Origin: Dudresnaya verticillata | Lineage: Eukaryota | Reading direction: 5' to 3' | Length of the DNA: 64,000 nucleotides | Assembly: GCA_977862235.1 (NCBI GenBank) | Contig: OZ374558.1 | Location: 3,410,001 to 3,474,000 of the forward strand | In this document: one piece after another, positions 57,909-64,000 of the stretch | Position numbering within the stretch: position 1 is the first letter of the stretch | Layout: each line of letters starts with the position of its first letter | Translations under genes and position numbers: made by a program | The notes under the pieces: model-generated | What the model was told of the DNA's origin: nothing | Seen by the model: only the letters and a program-made list of their open reading frames with translations | The model's database searches: none

Positions 57909-59134
57909 GTGTTAGGGTGTTAGTCTCCTTTCAGACTATAGAAACATGATCGGAAAAGAGCAGAGTTGTGCATCGGAGACGTACCCGTATCATGCGTGAT
58001 TCATACCGCTTGCTAGAACCGCACGCAGGACAGAGGTTATCGTTTGCTGTCGTGGGGGACGCGTTCCTCGGAGTGGCTGCTGATGCGACTTGTCTCTCCA
58101 CTCTGATCCGCGCCCCGGCCAAGAAGATATCCTTAAGGATCTGCTCTTGCTGTGCATCGAGAAGAATAGCTGTGGAAGTCGTGCTAGACTTGTGCCGGAT
58201 TTCTTGGATTTGAGCCTCCAACGACCTCATCTCGCAGGATGTTTCAACCAATGTGCGCCAAGACGCAGACATGTTGAAGGTGATTTCCATTCGTACAGTA
58301 GGTCGAGGGGATGATCTTTGCGAGTGTTGCGCTTTGGTTGTCTCGCTGTGTGTGCGTGTGTGGGAATAGTTTACGGGCGGGCGGCCGGGAGGAGGAAGGG
58401 CACGGTTGGGCTGAAGTTGTTGTGCTAATAAAGACTTTGTTGGAGCACTGGTCGGCCGCATTTCCCGGGCTCGGTAAGGCGATCGTCGATAGACTGCAAA
58501 ATATTTTTGTTTTAGAAGAAAGCGCTTCTTTTAGGTCACAAACGAGTTGGGCGGAAAGCCGGTGCCCCGGGTTGCCAGTTGAAAACGCCCGTTATGAGAA
58601 AAATCTTGCCCGGCGTTATTCGACCCACACATTGTCAACTTGCAGCTCCTAGTTTACTGACTTGCTCAGGATAGTCTCCAGGAAATTTTTCTTTTGTTTG
58701 GATAGCAACCTAGAGTCGCCAGAAAAAAACCCAACGCGAGTCAAGCTTAAGCTCAGAGAAGACAAATGTTTTTCATCGATGTAGGGATGAAGACACATGA
58801 ATTTTGGGTTAGACAGAATCGCGAAAGGGTTGGCATACGCACTGTTCTATCCTCTAGCCTACAAGAATGGCAGGGCAAAACAAGGGTATGTATGTCAGTT
58901 GAAAGAGGGAGGGTCCCCTTGCTGAGAGGAAACGGGAAGCCCCTTAGGGGACGCAGCCGGAAACAAAACCCGGGGCTGATGATGGTTCGGACGAGAAGTA
59001 AACATAGTTGAGGAATCACTGGACTAGTCCATGCAACACAACTGTGTTAAGATACTGGGATGGAAGTCATGTACGATGTACGATGTTCTGGAGCACGTTT
59101 CCTCTGACCGTGTGAAACAGCGTCATGGAGTAGG

Positions 59135-59536
59135 AATGAAAACATTAATTGTCCTACGGTCGTATGCATACTGATGCAATCATTCTACAGTCGTATGCAT
59201 ACTGATGAAATGGATCTACAGTCGTATTAATACTGCAGATACTATTCTACGGTCGTATTCATGCTGACGAACCATGCTTATGTTTTATGTAGTTGTATTC
59301 ACAATGGTTCTCAGTGAGCACTTTCTTCTAACTTTAGTCAACGGTCGTTTTACATTTTAGAGGCAGTCTTCGCCTGCCTATAAGTACCGCCTAGTTCTCT
59401 CTTGTTCTACCCTCTCATGAGGACAACATTTCATCTACACAACACAATCTGTTCTACTCTGTTCTGTAAATCTACTGTTCCTCTGATACCGCTGCTACTG
59501 CCAACTTGCTACTGATCCAAACACCATTCCTTTATT
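59135..59536 (+). mobile_element. Solo LTR of the Copia family
   Basis: 402 bp, AAT...ATT, flanked by 5-bp TSD GTAGG (59130-59134 and 59537-59541). Confidence 0.95.
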
Positions 59537-59622
59537 GTAGGTCTCCCCACAAGCATCACAAGAAGGACAATTGAGCTATTTTGGACATGATTATAACACC
59601 CGGGGCTTTATGTTCATAAAGA

Positions 59623-59978
59623 CAGAGAGATATATATACATATATAGAGAGAGAGAGAGTTTGTGGATTTTACGAAGTCCCTGTCCTTGGAGGTTAGCCG
59701 AGAGATATGAAGCCGCACAAGATCATAATCTGACATAGTTACAGCGCTAGAATGTTCTAACCAGCGATTCTGGAGAGAATGCAGGCGGCGTTGCGCTTGA
59801 CAAGGACAGCGGTAATGTGCGAGAAGCAACGTTTGCGTGACCTACTGCGACTCTCATTGAATCGTGTAGCCCTCGCACCAGCGATGCTTGTGAAGTGCTT
59901 CCGGGCCTTCTGTAGCCATCCACCCGTGGTGTGTATGGCAAAGGGCAGCAGCGTGTAATCATCTACACGTGTAGTCAT
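59623..59978 (-). mobile_element. RLE non-LTR element 3' end (different subfamily)
   Basis: LLPFAIHTTGGW...AVLVKRNAACI*, then (CT)n(AT)n. Confidence 0.65.
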
Positions 59979-59981
59979 ATT

Positions 59982-59993
59982 GAGAGGGAGAGG

Positions 59994-60057
<64 letters not shown>
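59982..60057. repeat. (GA)n microsatellite
   Basis: About 30 perfect GA units. Confidence 0.95.
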
Positions 60058-60059
<2 letters not shown>

Positions 60060-60215
60060 GACTATACTCAGGAATCGAAAGAAGCTCCATGAGGGAGCTT
60101 ACGGACTGTCACTTAATGGAGGGGAGGGCAGTTTTCGTCGATTGATACTGAGAGCTACATATTGGATAGCAATTCTCCAAGAGAGATGTACTTTTTTCAG
60201 CGAGACGCTAGTAGC
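59982..60215 (-). mobile_element. CRE-like element 3' end with long (TC)n tail
   Basis: IQYVALSINRRKL remnant; 3' UTR similar to 55320-55400. Confidence 0.72.
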
Positions 60216-60314
60216 CCAATAAGGGGACTTAGCAAAGATTAAGGGCCTAGACGACAGAAAACCAGCTTACGCCGATTAACAGCCACAGCAACGCACTGGA
60301 GAACCAATGTAGTG

Positions 60315-60520
60315 AAGCACAACCTTTAGTTTAATCTAAAAAAGCAACCCTGAGAAAGGGATGCTTGAATGAAGTGAGAGGAGTGAGGAGGGACAATTTC
60401 TCAGCAGTGCGGGATGTCCCCTTCTTCATGGCTAAGAATGTGGCCACACGCTGCGCGCCACGATCGAAACCTGAACCAATCGCACCGTAGATGTCCATCA
60501 CCATTGGATGGAGGTGAATG
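60315..60520 (-). mobile_element. CRE-like element 3' end
   Basis: LHPMVMDIYGAIGSGF...; 3' UTR similar to 38540-38590. Confidence 0.7.
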
Positions 60521-61087
60521 TTGTTGGTTATTCAATGTATAGATGTTCATAAAGAGAGAGTATCCCTTAGATGCGGGTAGAAGGCCTGGTGAATAGAGGG
60601 ATGAGTTGATACAACAGTGTTAAACAAAAAGATCCGTGTGCAGAATTCTGAAACATTTAGATTCAGTTTATCGCGTTGCTAGTTGGAAAAGTGAAGCTTC
60701 CCCCCTTGCAGCTTCTTGAATAGATTTGAAAAAGTGACCCAACACTCCGAAGCAATGGGATATATGAACAGTGAGAACGGTTGCGAATGTGGATGGATTG
60801 GGGACCATGTTTATTGAGGAGCGATCACAGAGAGGCCTAGACGAACATAAAAGCGTATATTGTTGTTTATCTATTTTAGCTGTGCAAAGTAGTATTTCCA
60901 TAATGCTACGTACGAGGCACAATAAAGTTGTGACGATGATGATGACGTAAGAGGCGATGGAGAGAAAGCAACGAGTACTAGGAGCAACGCCGAGGCCTCA
61001 ACAGTTGACGGTGTTATATAACGGCTGTCATGGTAGCAAACGAGACACTGGCTTGGGACACGAAAGCGTTACAAAGCGAACGGAAGA

Positions 61088-61312
61088 CTACACGGCAGGG
61101 GTGGTGATCGGGGCGACAACGCCACCGCAGTCAGCGCAGGTATCGACCTGGTTGATGATGCAGAAGACCTTGCAATCGTCGCGGAGGCACATGAAGCGCT
61201 TGAGGATGCGGCACGAGAGGCGCTTGTTCTTTTCCTTCTTGACGCACGGGGTGTTGACGCACGGGGTGGTTACGACCAGGCCGGCCGGCGGCCGGCGGGA
61301 GGTTAAAAAAGT
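61088..61312 (-). other. Orphan Cys-rich coding fragment (3' exon or gene remnant)
   Basis: TPCVNTPCVKKEKNKRLSCRILKRFMCLRDDCKVFCIINQVDTCADCGG...* with strongly C/G-ending codons; no start codon or signal peptide upstream. Confidence 0.4.
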
Positions 61313-61561
61313 CTGCTACGACTGTGATCTCGGACTTGAGATGTGTACTTGCGCTTTGGGAAGGAGGTAGGGTCGCTAGACCAATCGAGTGAGAGTTTGG
61401 AGCACATGGCCTTCTTGTTGGTAAATTGCAGCTTGGAGGCTTTTACTGAGGATAAAGCGATGCCCCTCCTCGTGTAGAACACTCGTACCGGTGAGATGGT
61501 CGTAAGTACTGAAAAGCCCCAAGGATGTGGGTGTAAGATTTGTGGCTCTGGACTACAGAAT

Positions 61562-63313
61562 CTAAATGTCATCAACACATTTCACACTTCCTGCAGCGGC
61601 ATTCCCCCTCGTTCCCTTAGGACAGTTCTTGCACTCTTTGGCTCCGGGCTTGTCAGAGAAAGTGTTTAAGCCGCACCTTTTGCAAAAACTCTCGCCAGCA
61701 CGGTCCGTAAACGTGCCTTTCTGGCAAGGCTTACATATTTGGTTAACCTTCTTGGTATTAATATCGCTACCGAAGGTTCCAGGCGGACACGGTTTGCATA
61801 ATCCGTTCTGCAGACCTCTACCTCTTTCAAACCGTTCTGGACCCACCCCATTGCATGTGCAAACAGAGCCATCGAAGAAGTTCCTAACTGATCCAGTCGG
61901 GCACTTCTTGCACTCGTTTGTAATTCCGTCTTCACTGAACTCGTTAAATCGACAATCCTTGCATACATTGCGTTCGTTGACAAACTTTCCTGCCCCACAT
62001 GGTATACAGCTTTTCCCAAATTCTTCTTTCTTTGTTCCCGGTTGACAGCCGACTGGCTCACAGGAAGCACCCCAGAACGTACGGAATCTGAAGCCAAGAG
62101 GGCAACCAGTTGAAATTGCTACACATGCGGATGCTTCATTGAAAATATCGAAGATTGGAGCAGTTCCTTCTGGACAACGTTTGCACGAGGTTGCACCGGC
62201 CTTACTAGCGACCAATCCAAACGGACAAGGGGTACAAGATGGACTTCCCGGCTTGTCCGCGAAGAAACCAGGGTCACACTTAATGCAGCCCTTCCTTCCT
62301 CGAAGTTCGGAGTTTGCAAAGTTGCCACCGAATCCAGCGGGGCATGGCTTGCAAGTGTTCTTTCCCTCCAGAAAGAAACCTTTAGGGCATCGGCATAGAC
62401 GATTATCGAAATCGGGCACCAAGCCTTTGTCGCATACGACGCACTTCTCCTGCAGCCTCCCTTTGCTCACACTACCAGGAGGGCACCTCTCGCATTGCAG
62501 GAGTTTGTTGTTCTTGAAGAAGCCATCATCGCACTGAATACATGCTCCTTTCTTCGTCTCGAAGTAGTTTTTTGGACATGGAGCATCGGGCTGTCGGCAG
62601 ATGTCTGAGCCCCGCCCCGATACCAGTCCAGTACGACACGGCAGGCAGACATTGAATCGAGCGCGTCTAGTGCTGATTGTCTTAAACTTGCCAGCACTAC
62701 ACTTTTTGCAAGACTTAGAACCTTCAGGGGCACTCTCACCCGGGGGACATCTTTCGCAAAAGCCCTCTCTCCCAGGCTTAAAGCGACCATCAAAGCAAGG
62801 GGAACAGTCCAGGCCACTTTTTCCAGGTGGGCATGTAGTGCACTTGTTGATACTGTCGGAACCCTTTGGTCCCGTGAGGGGGAAGGGGCAATCCTCGCAT
62901 CGCCTGTTGTTGGTAGAGTTACTATAAGTCCCTCTTTCACACGGCGTGCAACCGCGACCGCCTCTGCCAATCTCCGTTCCTGGGGCACACTTGATACAGG
63001 CTGTAGCGCCGCGATTTGCAATGAGACCTGGAGGACAGGGTTGGCATTCTGTGGCTCCCTGATTCGGATTGAAAGTATCCTCAAGGCACAGGCGGCAAAC
63101 GTCTTCGTCTGGAGCGGCTGGGAAGGGATTGAAGGTCCCGGGAGGGCACTTGACACAACGAGTGTCGAAATCGGTGCTGTAGGTTCCCGGGGGGCAATCC
63201 TGGCACTTGCCGTCAACGAGCTCCTTGCCCGGGCGGCACTCTTTTTGGGCATAGGCAGCACTCAGTGCGAAAAAGATGAGAAGTGACGGAAGGGGCAATC
63301 GTAGCAGGGTCAT
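61562..63313 (-). CDS. Secreted GCC2/GCC3 (ephrin-receptor-like) Cys-repeat protein, 583 aa
   Basis: Signal MTLLRLPLPSLLIFFALSAAYA; many C..CP.G[TF][FY]......C repeats; no TM anchor. Confidence 0.9.
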   Translation of the reverse strand: MTLLRLPLPSLLIFFALSAAYAQKECRPGKELVDGKCQDCPPGTYSTDFDTRCVKCPPGTFNPFPAAPDEDVCRLCLEDTFNPNQGATECQPCPPGLIANRGATACIKCAPGTEIGRGGRGCTPCERGTYSNSTNNRRCEDCPFPLTGPKGSDSINKCTTCPPGKSGLDCSPCFDGRFKPGREGFCERCPPGESAPEGSKSCKKCSAGKFKTISTRRARFNVCLPCRTGLVSGRGSDICRQPDAPCPKNYFETKKGACIQCDDGFFKNNKLLQCERCPPGSVSKGRLQEKCVVCDKGLVPDFDNRLCRCPKGFFLEGKNTCKPCPAGFGGNFANSELRGRKGCIKCDPGFFADKPGSPSCTPCPFGLVASKAGATSCKRCPEGTAPIFDIFNEASACVAISTGCPLGFRFRTFWGASCEPVGCQPGTKKEEFGKSCIPCGAGKFVNERNVCKDCRFNEFSEDGITNECKKCPTGSVRNFFDGSVCTCNGVGPERFERGRGLQNGLCKPCPPGTFGSDINTKKVNQICKPCQKGTFTDRAGESFCKRCGLNTFSDKPGAKECKNCPKGTRGNAAAGSVKCVDDI

Positions 63314-64000
63314 TTTGGGCGGGAGGGTTTGGTCGGGGGCGCGGTGTGCCGAATGCGCTAGTTGCGAGGGACGGGGGTCCAGCTGCAAAACCCCTGTCCT
63401 TGGAGGCTTGGAAGGGTTGAAATAGTTGGTCAGCAGCTTGGAACATTTTGCGAGATACGCCGCGCATTGATAAGGATCTGGCTCTTTATTGCAAAAGATT
63501 GCATCGTTCTACTACTAGCAACCCACTTGAGTTCCATCCAGATGCTGTGAATACCGTTTCGGGCATGACATCGACATCATGTTGGTTGGTCGTTCCAGCC
63601 AGCGATGAATTCCTTGCAGGCTTTTTTGTCAATGCCTTCGTGGCTCAGTGGGTCACCTGTGCTCTTCAGGCCACACGTATGAAGCCACGAAACCGCACCC
63701 AAAGTGTTCTTACAGTATCTTGGCGTCTCATACACTCATCACATCACACATCTCGCTTTATGCTTTCAACTCCAGTTCATATGGGCTCGCGTGCAATGTG
63801 ACAGTTTGACATAAAAGCTTCCACCCTTCACGGTCTTGTTCTTGAGTTGTGTCCGTGATCCCGGGGATGTGCTGAAAGAAGCAGCAAGGTCTGTTCCGTG
63901 CGGGTAAAGCGTTACAAAAAGCACTCGACGCTGTTCTTGTGGTTGTGCGAGTTCGGAGTGTTCCGCTGCGACCTTCTTACAGTACACAATCCCAATTTCT

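Noticed and set aside
59980..60222. ERERER-repeat ORF
   Set aside because: Translation of the (GA)n microsatellite.

Overview
Eukaryotic, intron-poor, transposon-rich window. Gene style and retroelement families suggest a florideophyte red alga (inference, not verified). The left ~12 kb holds a divergent cullin running off the window edge, a head-to-head pair of paralogous membrane proteins and a BCS1-like AAA ATPase. The remainder is an accessory region where secreted or Cys-rich protein genes sit among retroelements. These genes are an acidic Cys-rich protein and its pseudogene, a tandem double-knottin (ICK-like) peptide precursor, two copies of a bacterial-type DUF1254/DUF1214 gene, a disrupted bacterial/fungal-type zinc metalloprotease and a GCC2/GCC3-repeat protein. 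The retroelements are a DIRS/PAT-like tyrosine-recombinase element between 278-bp direct repeats, a chromodomain Gypsy element (610-bp LTRs, TACC TSD), a very young Copia element (402-bp LTRs, CTGCG TSD) with a solo LTR, and many non-LTR fragments. The strongest leads are (i) the Copia element, which has a Tudor-like domain after integrase and non-canonical AAT...ATT LTR ends fixed by two independent TSDs, and (ii) the double-knot peptide. All homology calls come from motif recognition by eye; no searches were run.
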